Below the pieces are notes generated by a model. It did no database searches. It was given only the letters and a program-made list of their open reading frames with translations, and had not been told where the DNA came from. From Octopus sinensis (Eukaryota), in contig NC_042998.1 of assembly GCF_006345805.1 (NCBI RefSeq), forward strand, positions 195,982,001 through 196,046,000: 64,000 bases of DNA, written 5' to 3'. Numbering within the stretch: the stretch's first letter is position 1; the number at the start of each line of letters is the position of its first letter. The position numbers and the translations under genes were made by a program. This document shows, in pieces, positions 38,613-51,202 of this stretch.

Positions 38613-39651
38613 TACGAAGAGGTACCCAAAAGTAACCAGAAATGTTCTCTGTGGGACAAACCCATTGTAGTTCAGGCTTTCACTGCTAGATGCCACTTGA
38701 TGTGATCCTCAGGCATCAGTCTGCTGAGTGGTGGGGTCGAGTGAAGTCGTACTGCCGCATGGTATGTCTTTGTTTTGCAGTGCTTCTCGCCTGTTTGTTG
38801 ATTTTTGTGATGGTTGAAAGAAAGGAACAGCAGGCGTCCATGAAATTCTGTTTTCTGCTGGGGAAATTGGCAGCTGAAACAGTTACCATGCTTCAAAAAT
38901 TACAAGGATGCTGCCATGAGCAAAGCACAAGTTTATGAGTGGTTTCCATGCTTTAGGAATGGTCACTTGTCGCTTGAAGACCAACCTTGTTTAGGGCCAT
39001 CATCAACCTCCCGAATGAAAACCTCGTGAAAATTCATGAACTGATCTTGGAGGACTGCTGCTAAATAATCGATGAACTTGATATGACCGGTGTGTCCTGG
39101 ATCTCCTGCCAACGAATTTTGAGCGAAGAATTGCAAATGAAAAGAGTAGCAGCAAAATTTGTGTCTCGTTTGCTTATGGAAGATCAAAAGAAGTCATGAC
39201 TAAATGCGTGTCATGAACTGAAAGGACAGTTGGAAGTTGATCAGGACCTTTCTTCAAAGGTCAGCACTGGTGACAAAAGCTGGTGCTAGGGAATTTGCAG
39301 ATGTGGAAGAGGTGAAGAAAAAAAATGATGGCGGTATTAAAAGGCATCACTTCGCAAGAAATTCCAGAACTGCTTCCAACGCATCTGGACAAATGGAGAA
39401 TGGAGAATACTTTGAAGGCAATAAAAGTGTAAACATCCATCATCATCATCGTTTAATGTCCGTTTTCCATGCTAGCATGGGTTGGACGGTTCGACTGGGG
39501 CCTGGGAAGCCAGGAGGCTGCACCATGCTCCAGTCTGATCTGGCAGTGTTTCTACAGCTGGATGCCCTTCCTAATGCCAACCAAACATGTAAAACTAATT
39601 GAATAAAAATAATATTGCAAAATTCCGCTTTCTTTTGGGTACCCCCTCGTA
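38613..39651 (+). mobile_element. Decayed mariner element interrupted by an RTE tail
   Basis: TIRs TAcgaagaggtacccaaaag and cttttgggtaccccctcgTA. Translation MVERKEQQASMKFCFLLGK..ILSEELQMKRVAAKFV..STGDKSW. Confidence 0.85.
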
Positions 39652-40199
39652 TATGGGCTGGATATGGCCAGTCTGAATATCAAAGGGTTAAGAGCACATG
39701 TCTCTGTGGAGTACTCAGCCACATTTGTCTTTTACTTGTTTCAGTCATTGGACTGCAGCCATGCTGGAGCGCTGCCTTGGAGAATTTTAGTCAAACAAAT
39801 CAACCCCAGTACTTATATTTTTAGCCTGATACTTATCTTATCAGTGTTTTTTGCCAAACCACTAAGTTACAGGGATGTAAACACACCAACACTGGTTGTC
39901 AAGCAATGATGGTGGAGACAAATACAAACAACACACACACACACGTATATACATACACAACAAGCTTCTTTCATTTTCTCCTTACCAAATCCACTCACAA
40001 GGTTTTGGCCAGCCAGAGGTTATCGTAGCAGACACTTACCCAAGGCACCTGACAGTGGGACTGAACCCGGAACCAGGCAGTTGGGAAGTAAACTTCTCAC
40101 CACACAGCCATGCCTCGAGCCTAAATGTTTATTCAAGTGAAATTAGCAACAAAGTTTTGTGGAGGGAAATTAAAATAAAGTGTTAGAACAAATAAAATA

Positions 40200-40519
40200 T
40201 ATGAAGGAGGAGAAGGAGAAGGAGGAGGAGGAGGAGGGAGAAGAAGAAAAAGAAGAAGAAGAAGAAGAAGAAAGAAGAAGAAGACGAAGAAAGAAGGAGA
40301 AGAAGAAGGGGAAGAAGAAGGGGAAAGAAGAGAAGGGGGGAGAAGGAAAGAAGAAGAAGGGGACGAGAGAAAAAGAGAGAGAAGGAGAAGAAAAAGAGAA
40401 GAAGAAGAAGAAGAAGAGGGAGAAGAGAAGAAGAAGGAAGAAGGGAGAGAGGGGAAGAGGAGAAGAGAAGAAGAAGAGGAAGAAGAAGAAGGAGGAGGAG
40501 GAAGAAGAGAAGGACAGAA

Positions 40520-40551
<32 letters not shown>

Positions 40552-40802
40552 AGAAGGGGAAGAAGAAGAAGGGGAAGAAGAAGAAGGGGAAGAAGAAGAA
40601 GGGGAAGAAGAAGAAGGGGAAGAAGAAGAAGAAGAAAAAGAAGAAGAAAAAGAGAGAGAAGGAGAAGACAAAGAAGAAGAAGAAGAAGAAGAAGAGGGAG
40701 AAGAGGGAGAAGGAGATGAAAAAGAAGAAGAAGAAGAAGAAGAAGAAGAAGAAGAAGAAGAAGAAGAGGGAGAAGAGGGAGAAGAGGGAGAAGGAGATGA
40801 AG

Positions 40803-40834
<32 letters not shown>

Positions 40835-40835
40835 G
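40200..40835. repeat. (GAA/GAG)n purine tract
   Basis: Directly visible. Confidence 0.95.
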
Positions 40836-41039
40836 TGTGTGTGTGTGTGTGTGTAGAAGTAGTCTTAATGTCCCTGGCCCATGGATGTTACCTGACAGCT
40901 TTCTCTCTCTGTTTGGACTTTTCAAGAGAATTATATCAAAGAATGTGGAATCTGCCTGGCTTTCTGCCAATTTCACATTCTTCATTAACAGAACTACTTA
41001 TTCCAGAAAAGGAAGGTAAAGTTGCAAAAATCACTCACA

Positions 41040-41051
41040 CCTTTCTTTCTC

Positions 41052-41098
<47 letters not shown>

Positions 41099-41159
41099 CT
41101 CTTTCTCTCTTTCTCTCTTCCTTTCCCTCTCTCTTTCTTTCTCTCTCTCTTTCTTTCTT

Positions 41160-41190
<31 letters not shown>

Positions 41191-41196
41191 CTCTTC

Positions 41197-41228
<32 letters not shown>

Positions 41229-41435
41229 TTTTCTTTCTTCCTTTCTTTCTTTCTTCTTTTCTTTCTTCCTTTCTTTCTTTCTTCCTTCCTTCCTTTCTTT
41301 CTTCCTTTCTTCCTTTCTTTCTTTCTTCCTTTCTTCCTTCTTCCTTCCTTCCTTCCTTCCTTCCTTTCTTCCTTTCTTCCTTTCTCTCGTTCTTTCTTTC
41401 TTTCTTCTTTTCTTTCTTTCTTTCTTTCTTTTTAT
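41040..41435. repeat. (CTTT/CCTT)n tract
   Basis: Directly visible. Confidence 0.95.
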
Positions 41436-41939
41436 CTCAAGCATTATTTTTTTTATTATTATTTAAACTGCTCTTCCTTTTTGTTTTTTTGGGGGGTTTT
41501 TTTTATGGGTTTTATTCTTTCTGAGTCCTTCTGCTCCATCGCTCCATAGGTACAGCATGCCAAAGTTTGGGAAAGACAAAGGTGGAAGAAGAGGAGCAGG
41601 AGGAGGAGGAGGAAGAAGAGGAGGCAAAAAAGATTTAAAACAATCCAGATTGTAATTCTTAAAGCAAAATGAAAATATTCACAGAAAATTGAGAAAGAGG
41701 GAGAGAGAGGAAGAGAGAGAGAGGGATACATAGAGGGCTACATAGGGAGAGAGAGAGAGAGACAGAGACACAGAGAGACAGAGACATAGAGAGAGAGAGA
41801 CATAGAGAGAAGGAGACATAGAGAGAGAGAGAGATAAAGAGGAAAAGAGAGAAAAAGAGAGATACAGAGAAAAAAAGTTACATCAGTTTTACTAAGAGAA
41901 ATATAAAAATTTCTGCTTCTAGTTAAGTAGCGATAACAA

Positions 41940-42238
41940 ATGTATGTCAGACTGCCCTGTTCAGATGCAATTGTCTGTCTGTCTGTCTGTTTGTCTATCT
42001 ACCTGTCTGTCTGTCCGTCTCTCTGTCTGTCTGTCAGTCTATCTATCTATCTTACTAACTACCAAGGTATCCACCCATCTGTCAGTCTGTCTCTATCTAT
42101 CTACCAGATATTTGTCTGTTAGCCTAACAGTTTATCTCTCTACCTATCTGTCTATCTGTCTGTCTGTCTATTTGTCAGTCTGTCTGGCTGTCTGTCTGTC
42201 TGTCCGTCTGTCTGTCCGTCTCTCTGTCTGTCTGTCAG

Positions 42239-42273
<35 letters not shown>

Positions 42274-42900
42274 CACTAACTACCAAGGTATCCACCCATC
42301 TGTCAGTCTGTCTCTATCTATCTACCAGATATTTGTCTGTTAGTCTATCTAGAAGTCCATCTCTCTAACTACCTGTCTATCTATCTATCTGTCTGTCTGT
42401 CTGTTTGTCTGTCTATTTGTCAGTCTGTCTGTCAGTCTGTCCGTCTCTCTGTCTGTCTGTCTGTCAGTCCATCTATCTATCTCACTAGCTACCAAGGTAT
42501 CCACCCATCTGTTGGTATGTCTCTATCTATCTACCAGATATTTGTCTGTTAGTCTATCTAGAAGTCCATCTCTCTACCTATCAGTCTATCTGTCTGTCTG
42601 TCTGTCTGTCTGTCTGTTCGTCTGTCTATTTGTCAGTCTGTCAGTCTGTCCGTCTCTCTGTCTGTCTGTCCGTCTCTCTATCTGTCTGTCAGTCTGTCTA
42701 TCTATCTCACTAACTGCCAAGGTATCCACCCATCTGTCGGCCTGTCTCTATCTATCTATCTCACGAACTACCAAGGTATCCACCCATCTGTCAGTCTCTC
42801 TTTATCTATCTACCAGATATTTATCTGTTAGCCTAACAGTTTATCTCTCTACCTATCTGTTTATCTACCTATCTGTCTGTCTGTCAGTCTATCTGTCAGT
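41940..42900. repeat. Minisatellite of about 215-bp units built on TCTA/TCTG
   Basis: The anchor actaccaaggtatccacccatctg recurs at about 42058, 42278, 42490, 42713 and 42768. Confidence 0.9.
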
Positions 42901-42904
42901 CTTA

Positions 42905-43235
42905 GTCTGTGAAGGCACGTGGCTTAGTGGTTAAGGCATTCGACTCACAGTCATAAGGTGATGAGTTCAGTCCCCGGTGACTCGTTGTGTCCTTGAGCAA
43001 GACACTTTATCTCACATTGCTCCAGTCCACTCAGCTAGTAAGAATGACTTGTACCTGTAATTCAAAAGAGCCAGCCTTGTCACATTCTGGGTCACGCTGA
43101 ATCTCCCTGAGAACTACATTAAGAGTACACGTGTCTGTGGAGTACTCAGCCACATGCATGTAAATTTCACGAGCAGGCTGTTCTGTTGAGCGGATCATCT
43201 GGAAGCCTCGTCTTAACTGACAGAGTGCCAACAAG
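42905..43235 (+). mobile_element. Third tRNA-derived SINE family
   Basis: A box TGGCTTAGTGG, B box GAGTTCAGTCCC, gtgtccttgagcaagacacttt. A fragment of the same family lies near 39690. Confidence 0.7.
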
Positions 43236-43269
43236 TCCTATCTGTCTATCTGTCTATTAGTCTTTCTAT

Positions 43270-44600
43270 TGTAGGGCGACATGCTGTGCTTGAGGAGACC
43301 TATTGAGTCAAGTACTTCAACATCAACAGCAATAACAAAATCATATCAAATGGAAATTGTAGTTGTGACCCCCGTGCCGGTAGCATATAAAAACCACCAT
43401 CCAAAAGTGGCCGATGCCAGTGCTGCTTTGACTGGCTTCCATGTCAGTGGCATGTAAAAAGCACCATCTGATCATGGTCGATGCCAGCTCCTCTGGCCCC
43501 TGTGCCGGTGGCACGTAAAAAAGCACCCACTACACCCTTGGAGTGGTTGGCATTAGGAAGGGCATCCAGCTGTAGAAACACTGCCAGATCAGACTGGAGC
43601 CTGGTGCAGCCTCCTGGCTTCCCAAACCCCAGTCAAACCATCCAACCCATGCCAGCATGGAAAGCGGACGTTAAACGATGATGATGATGATGATGATGAT
43701 GATCAGACTGCAAGCATCTTGAGAGAAAAGTTGGGCATAAGAGGCATCAGATGTGGTGTGCAAGAGAGATGACTGCACTGGTATGGTCATGTGATGTGTA
43801 TAGACAAGGACAGCTGTGTGAAGAAGTACTGATCTCTAACTGTGGAAGGAACCTGTGGTAGAGGTAGACCCAGGAAGACATGGGATGAAGTGGTGAAGCA
43901 TGATCTTTGACCTCTGAGCCTCACAAAGATAATGACTAGTGACCGAGACCTTTGGCGATATGCTGTGCTTGAGGAGACCCATCAAGCCAAGTGAAATTGT
44001 GGTCATGGTTGATGCTGGTGTTGTGTAACTGGCACCTGTGCCAGTGGAATGTAAAAAGCACCTTTTGAGTGTTGTGACTCACGGAAGCAAAGTGGCTGAG
44101 TTCCTTTCGAGTATTAGGCCTCATGGAGGCAATGACCAAGACCTTTGGTATTATGTCATGCTTGAGAAGAAGACCCATCAAGCTGAGCAAAACCACAGTC
44201 ATGGCAGATACCAGTGTCACACATAAAAGCACCCAATACACTCTCAGGGTGGTTGGCATTAGGAAGGGCATCCAGCCATAGAAAACCATGCCAAATCAGA
44301 CAGGGGTCTGGTGTAGCCTTCCAGCATGACAGCCCTGGTCAAACCATCCAACCCATGCCTGGTGTCACACAGATGGCACCCATGACGGTGGCACATAAAA
44401 GTACCCATTACACTCCCGGAGTGGCTGGTGTTAGGAAGCGCATCCAGCCATAGAAAACCATACCAAATCAGACTGGGGTCTGGTGCAGCCTTCCAGCTTA
44501 CCAGCTCTGGTCAAACTATCCGACCCCTGTCTGCATGGACAACAGATGTTAAATGATGATGGTGGTGGTGGTGATGGTGGCGACTGCGTCGGCGATCACA
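43270..44600 (+). mobile_element. Cluster of RTE 3' fragments and tails
   Basis: 43720-43990 matches the RTE ORF end (LREKL..GVQER.LHWYGHV..GRGRPRKTWDEVVKHDL); the tails end in (GAT)n. Confidence 0.8.
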
Positions 44601-45711
44601 ACAACGATGATGATAATGATGATGATGATCTATCCATCTACCTAATTATTCACCTCTCTACCCATCCATCCTCCTATCCACAGCAGGAATCGATGCTTCT
44701 TTCTATGTTGGACAGAGAACAATTGATATTATTACAAAATGCAGGCTGAATCTACGAGATTGCAAGAAAGTATTCGATTGATTTTTATTTTTATAAACTT
44801 TTAAAGAGAACGGGGAATAAAGAACTCCAGCTGCTTCACACCATGTGATTTACCATTTAACGAAGGAAGGGGATTGATCGATAATGATGCAAGATCGATT
44901 GGAAAAAGTCTAAAATTTCACCTGTGTTGGTAAAAATAATTGCCAAATCTTTCTTCCCGTTGGAAGAATTTTGTTTTCTTTTATTTGTTTGTTGTAGAAA
45001 TGGTAATTGAAGGAGAAGGGAAAGGGTCGGAGCTTGTGTGGTTTTGTACATCGAAGGTCAGCATAACTGATTTTTCAGGTTGGTTTTCCGTCAGGTGATG
45101 GGTCTGTTGGGGGGATGGGGTGGGGTAACATGGGGAAGGAGTGAGAGTTCCTGAGGGTTAAAGTTCTGGCTTTGAGGAATCACCACCACCATCACTACCA
45201 TGGTGCTGGGGCACCGCCTTGGAGAAATTTTAGTAAAATTAATCAACCCCAGGACTTACAAAGCCTGGTACTTATTCTATCAGTCACTTTTGCCGAACCA
45301 CTAAGTTACACAGATGTAAACACACCAACACTGGTCAAGTGGTGGTTGGGGCAGACAAACACAATCACACACACATACATACATACAACAGGCTTCTCTC
45401 ACTTTCTATCAACCAAATCAACCAACAAGGCTTTGGTCAGCCTGGGGCTATAATAGTGGACTTTGTACAACAGCCTTGGGCCAACCAAAGTTTTCCCAGT
45501 GGATTTGGTAGACAGAAACTGAAAGAAGCCCATCATGTATATATAGGCATGGCTGTGTGGTAAAAAGCTTGCATTCCAACCACATAGTTCCGAGTTCAGT
45601 CCCACTGCATGGCACCTTGGGCAAATGTCTTCTACTATAGCCTTGGGCTGACCAAAGCCTTGTGAGTGGATTTGGTAGACAGAAACTGAAAGAAGTATAT
45701 ATGTATATATA

Positions 45712-46910
45712 CAGGGGTTGGCCAAGATAATGGAAACACCTTATATTTTCAAACAAATTTATTTTAATATGGTGTAGGACTGCCTTTAGCAGTAATTACA
45801 GCTTGAATTCTATGAGGCATGGTCTCATACAAAGTTTGAATTGTTTTCAAAGGAATTTTTGTCCATTCTTCAGCTAAAACAGTCTCCAGTTCTTGTAGTG
45901 ATGATGGTTGGAGGATATCGACTCCTTACTTGTTTTTCTAAAATGCACCATAAATGTTCATTAATATTGAGATCTGGGGACTGTGGTGGCCAGATAAGAT
46001 ATTCAACTTCACTAGAATGTTCCTCGTGCCATTCAGTAACAATTTTAGCTGTGTGAATTGGTGCATTATCGTCATGAAAGATTGAATTTCCCTCTGGAAA
46101 CAGTTCCGCAACCATAGGATGAATTTGATCAGATAAAATGCTTAAATAGTCTTGACTATTAATTCTGTCGTGAAGGGAAGCCATTGGGTTGGCAGATTTC
46201 TAAGATACAGCTCCCCAGATCATCACAGATTGTCCTCCATGATTAACGGTTGGAAGAAGGCAGTCTGGGTCAAATGTTTCTTTTGGCTGTCTCCACACAT
46301 AGACTCGGCTGGTGGTCAGAAATAAAGTAAAGCATGACTCATCCAAGAAAATAACCTTCTTCCACTTCTCTAGGGACCAATTTTGTAGGTTTTTACTCCA
46401 CTCTAAACACTTTGCAACGTTTGTTTTTGAAAGTAGTGGTTTTCTGATTGCAGCTCTCTCATAGAATCCAGCTTTGTGCAGCTCCCACCAAACAGTTTTT
46501 GGGGAAACTGGGTTCTCGGGGTGGTCTCTATCTGAAAGTTTGGTTTTACTTCCAGAGTTTTGTTTCGACGTGGGGGCTTTTTTCCTCTTTCTCAAAGGCT
46601 GTCATTACTTTCAAGAGAGTACTTCTTGATACACCAAACATTTGGGCTGTTTTCATTATGCTTAGCGCCTGCCATACGAGCACCAACAATTTGACCTCAT
46701 GAAAGTCCGAAAGATCTGTCATTTTAATGAATTTTAATTACTTTTTTCCTGATAATATCTGAAAAGAAACAGTAATTTTAGTAAAACATTTTAAGCAACA
46801 CTAATAATAAATCAAAAACGATAAAAATAAACAAGCTTTTGACGGTTTTATAGATACTTCAAAACTATGATGCTATGATGCTAGGTGTTGCCATTATGCT
46901 GTCCAAAATG
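45712..46910 (-). mobile_element. Tc1 DD34E element, decayed, with both TIRs
   Basis: TA|caggggttggccaagataatggaaacacct and degenerate aggtgttgccattatgctgtccaaaatg|TA. ORFs contain FLDESCF, FHDDNAPIH and WPPQSPDLNINE. Confidence 0.9.
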
Positions 46911-47047
46911 TATATATGTATGTATATATATATATATATATTATATATATGTATGCATGTATGTGAGTGTGTGAGTGTGATGTGTATATATATATATATA
47001 TGTATGTATATGTGCATATGTATGTGTGCGTGTGTGTGTATATATAT

Positions 47048-47620
47048 AGGCACAGGAGTGGCTGTGTGGTAAGAAGCTTACTTCCCAACCACATGGTTCC
47101 GTGTTCAGTCCCACTGCGTGGCACCTTGGGCAAGTATATTCTACTATAGCCTCAGGCCAACCAAAGCCTTGTGAGTGGATTTGGTAGACGGAAACTGAAA
47201 AGAAGACCATCATATGCATGTATGTATATATTTATGTGTGTGTGTGTCTTTGCATCTGTGTTTGCTCCCCCACCACCATCATTTGACAACCAATGTTGGT
47301 GTGTTTATGTTCCAGTAACTTAGCAGTTCGGCAAAAGAGACCAATAGAATAAGTACTAGGCTTAGAAAGAATAAGTCCAGGAGCCTATTTGTTCGACCCT
47401 TTTTTTTTTACTCTTTTTTCTTGTTTCAGTCATTTGACTGTGGCCATGCTGGAGCACCACCTTTCGTCGAGCAAATATCGACCCAAGGACTTATTCTTTG
47501 TAAGCCTAGTACTTATTCTATTGGTCTCTTTTGCCGAACTGCTAAGTTACGGGGACGTAAACACACCAGCATCAGTTTTCAAGCGATGTTGGGGAGACAA
47601 ACACAAACGCACAAACATAT

Positions 47621-47681
<61 letters not shown>

Positions 47682-47855
47682 TACATACATACGACGGGCG
47701 TCTTTCAGTTTCCATCTACCAAATCTACTCACAAGACTTTGGTCAGCACGAGGGTATAGCAAAAGACACTTGCCCAAGGTGCCATGCAGTGGGACTGAAC
47801 CTGGAACCATGTCGTTGGTAAGCAAACTACTTACCACACAGCCACTCCTGCACCT
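47048..47855. mobile_element. Tail-to-tail inverted pair of SINE family 1
   Basis: Plus copy 47048-47395 abuts minus copy 47400-47855. Confidence 0.85.
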
Positions 47856-47862
47856 ATATATA

Positions 47863-50137
47863 TCATCATCATCATCATCATCATCGTTTAGCGTCCGTTT
47901 TCCATGCTAGCATGGGTTGGACGGTTCTACTGGGGTCTGTGAAGCCAGAAGGCTTCATCAGGCCCAGTCAAATCTGGCAGTGTTTCTACGGCTGGATGCC
48001 CTTCCTAACGCCAACCACTCCGTGAGTGTAGTGGGTGCTTTTTACGTGCCACCCGTACTGGTGCCAGACAGAGCTGGCAAACGGCCACGAATGGATGGTG
48101 CTTTTTATGTGCCACCGGCACGAGGGCCAGGCGAGGCTGGCAACGGACACGAAACGGGGCGGTGCTGGCAACGGTCACGAAACGGAAAGTTCTCTTACAT
48201 GCCACCGGCACTGGTAACACATCTGCAATTTCCATTGATCGATTTCCATTGATCAATTTCGATTCTGATCCTCACTTGCCTCAACGGGTCTTCACAAGCA
48301 GAGTTTCGACATGCCACCGGCACTGGTAGCACATCCGCAATTTCCATTGATCGATTTCGATTCTGATCCTCACTTGCCTCAACACGTCTTCACAAGTAGA
48401 GTTTTGTGTCCCAAGAAGGGAAGGTATGCATACGTAGGCTGGCTCCATCCCATGTAGAAGGCCACGGGTTATGGACTCACTTGTCCTGCCGGGTCTTCTC
48501 GCGCACAGCACACTTCCAGAGGTCTCGGTCTCTAGTCATTTCCTCAGTGAGACCTAAAGTTCGAAGGTCGTGCTTCACCACCTCGTCCCAGGTTTTCCTG
48601 GGTCTGCCTCTTCCACAGGTTCCCTCAACCGCTAGGGTGTGGCACTTTTTCACACAACTATCTTCATCCATTCTCGCCACATGACCATACCAGCGCAAAC
48701 GTCTCTCTTGCACACCACATCTGATGCTTCTTAGGTCCAGCTTTTCTCTCAAGGTACTTACACTCTGCCGAGTGTGAGTACCGGCATTACACATCCATCG
48801 GAGCATACTGGCTTCATTTCTAGCGAGCTTACGCATATCCTCAGCAGTCACGGCCCATGTTTCACTGCCATGTAGCATGGCTGTTCGTACACACGCATCA
48901 TACAGTCTGCCTTTCACTCTGTGCGAGAGGCCTTTTGTCACCAGCAGAGGTAAGAGCTCTCTGAACTTTGCCCAAGCTATTCTTACTCTAGCAGTTACAC
49001 TTTCAGCACACCCGCCCCCGCTGCTGACTTGGTCACCTAGGTAACGGAAACTATCAACTATTTCTAGTTTTTCTCCCTGGAAAGTGACGGAAGTTGGTCT
49101 CAGAGCATTTTCAGTGTTTATTGTTCCTGAGCATCTGCCACATACAAAAACCATCTTCCTAGTTAGCCTTCCTTTGACATTGCTGCATCTCTTATGTGTC
49201 CATAGCTTACACTTGGTGCATCTTATAGAGTTTCTACCTACACCTTTCCTACAGATCGAGCAGGGCCATCTACCTGAAGGTGTTTGTGATTTGTCTACCT
49301 TCCTACTGATTACGACTTTGGTTTTAGCTAGATTGACTCTGAGGCCCTTCGATTCTAATCCTTGTTTCCACACCTGAAACTTCTCCTCCAGTTCTGATAG
49401 CGACTCAGCAATTAGAGCAAGGTCATCAGCATAGAGGAGCTCCCAAGGGCATCCTGTCTTGAATTCCTCCGTTATTGCCTGGAGAACTATGATAAATAAG
49501 AGGGGGCTGAGTACTGAGCCTTGGTGGACCCCTACCTCTACCCGGAATTCTTCACTGTACTCATTTCCAACCTCACCCTACTAGCGGCGTCCCTATACAT
49601 GGCCCGCACAGCTCTCACTAACCATTCATCTATCCCTAGTCTCCTCATTGCCCACCAGATAAGGGATCGGGGGACCCTGTCGAAGGCTTTCTCCATGTCA
49701 ACAAAAGCCAGGTACAGGGGCTTATCTTTGGCTAGGTATTTCTCCTGCAGCTGCCTTACCAGGAATATAGCATCAGTAGTACTTTTCCCTGGCACAAACC
49801 CAAACTGCATCTCATCTAAACTAACTCTCTCTCTAATTAGTTGGGCTATGACCCTCTCCGTAACCTTCATCACCTGGTCCAACAGCTTGATACCTCTGTA
49901 GTTATTTGTATCTAGGGCATCACCTTTACCTTTGTAGCAGTTGACTATTATACTGCTACACCAGTCATTGGGTATGACCCCTTTGTGTATCACCTGATTA
50001 ACTATACGGGTGACCAGGCTATAGCCGACACTACCAGACATTTTGAGCATCTCTGCAGTGATTCCTGATGGGCCTGGGGCTTTCCCTGTCTTCATGCTTC
50101 TAATTGCCTTAGCTACCACGGAACTATCAACTCGGAT
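47863..50137 (-). mobile_element. Young 5'-truncated RTE-clade LINE (RT, 3' UTR, (GAT)n tail)
   Basis: ORFs 49538..50167 and 48477..49373 join across one frameshift near 49575. Motifs include KAPGPSGI, YRGIKLL, QFGFVPG, DMEKAFDRV, GVHQGSVLSP and YADD (49422-49433). Confidence 0.95.
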
Positions 50138-50216
50138 ATATATATATATACATATATATACATACATACATACATTATATATATATTTATTTATGTATAT
50201 ATATATATATATATAT

Positions 50217-50260
<44 letters not shown>

Positions 50261-50261
<1 letters not shown>

Positions 50262-50450
50262 CCATGACAGATCGCTAGCCACTAAACCTTTTTCTTCTTC
50301 TCTCCCTGTTTATTTCTGTGTTCCTTTCTGTCGAAGAGCATAGGCTCGAAACATAAAAGACTTTCTCACTCACCAAGCATTAATCTAATACATCTGTTTG
50401 ACGTTTACACACCCATCTTTATCTTTTGTTTAATATGTAAATTCTCACTA
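50261..50450 (+). mobile_element. Third copy of the 25.9-kb hammerhead-like element
   Basis: After (TA)n: gccatgacagatcgctagccact..cttt-CTGTCGA-A-GAGC-ATAG-GCTC-GAAA-CA-TA-aaag (50324-50359). Confidence 0.7.
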
Positions 50451-50714
50451 TATACGACAGGCTTCTTTCAGTTTCAGTCTGCCAAATCCACTCACAAGGC
50501 TTTGGTCAGGCCGTGGCTCTAGCAAAAGACACTTGCCCAAGATGCCATGCAGTGGGATTGAACCCGGAACTATATGGTTAGTAAGCAAGCTACTTACCAC
50601 ACAACCACTCCTGTGCCTATATATATATATATATATAACATATATATAATTTATAATATAATATATAATATATATAATATATAATATAAATAATATAATA
50701 ATATAATATATATA

Positions 50715-51158
50715 TTATGTGCCAGAGGCACATAAAAAAGGCCATTGCCAGCGCCGCCTTGACTGGCTTCTGTGCCGGTGGCACATAAAAAGCACCATCC
50801 GAATGTGGCCGATGCCAGCGCCACCTCTACTGGCTTCTGTGCCGGTGGCACATAAAAAGCACCATCCGAATGTGGCCGATGCCAGCGCCGCCTTGGCTGG
50901 CTTCCGTGCCGGTGGCAAGTTAAAAGCACCAACCGATCGTGGCCGATGCCAGACCCCCTGGCACCTGTGCAGGTGGCACGTAAAAAGCACCCACTACACT
51001 CGCGGAGTGGTTGGCGTTAGGAAGGGCATCCAGCTGTAGAAACACTGCCAGATCAGACTGGAGCCTGGTGCCTCGTTCTCAGACCCCGGTCGAACCGTCC
51101 AACCCGTGCTAGCGCGGAAAACGGACATTAAACGATGATGATGATGATGATGATGATG

Positions 51159-51160
<2 letters not shown>
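50715..51160 (+). mobile_element. RTE 3'-tail repeat with tandem hairpin units
   Basis: Repeated gtgccggtggcacataaaaagcacc units and a (GAT)n tail. Confidence 0.85.

Positions 51161-51202
<42 letters not shown>

Noticed and set aside
40170-41549. Long Leu/Ser/Arg/Glu/Phe-rich ORFs
   Set aside because: They are (GAA)n and (CTTT)n microsatellite translations.
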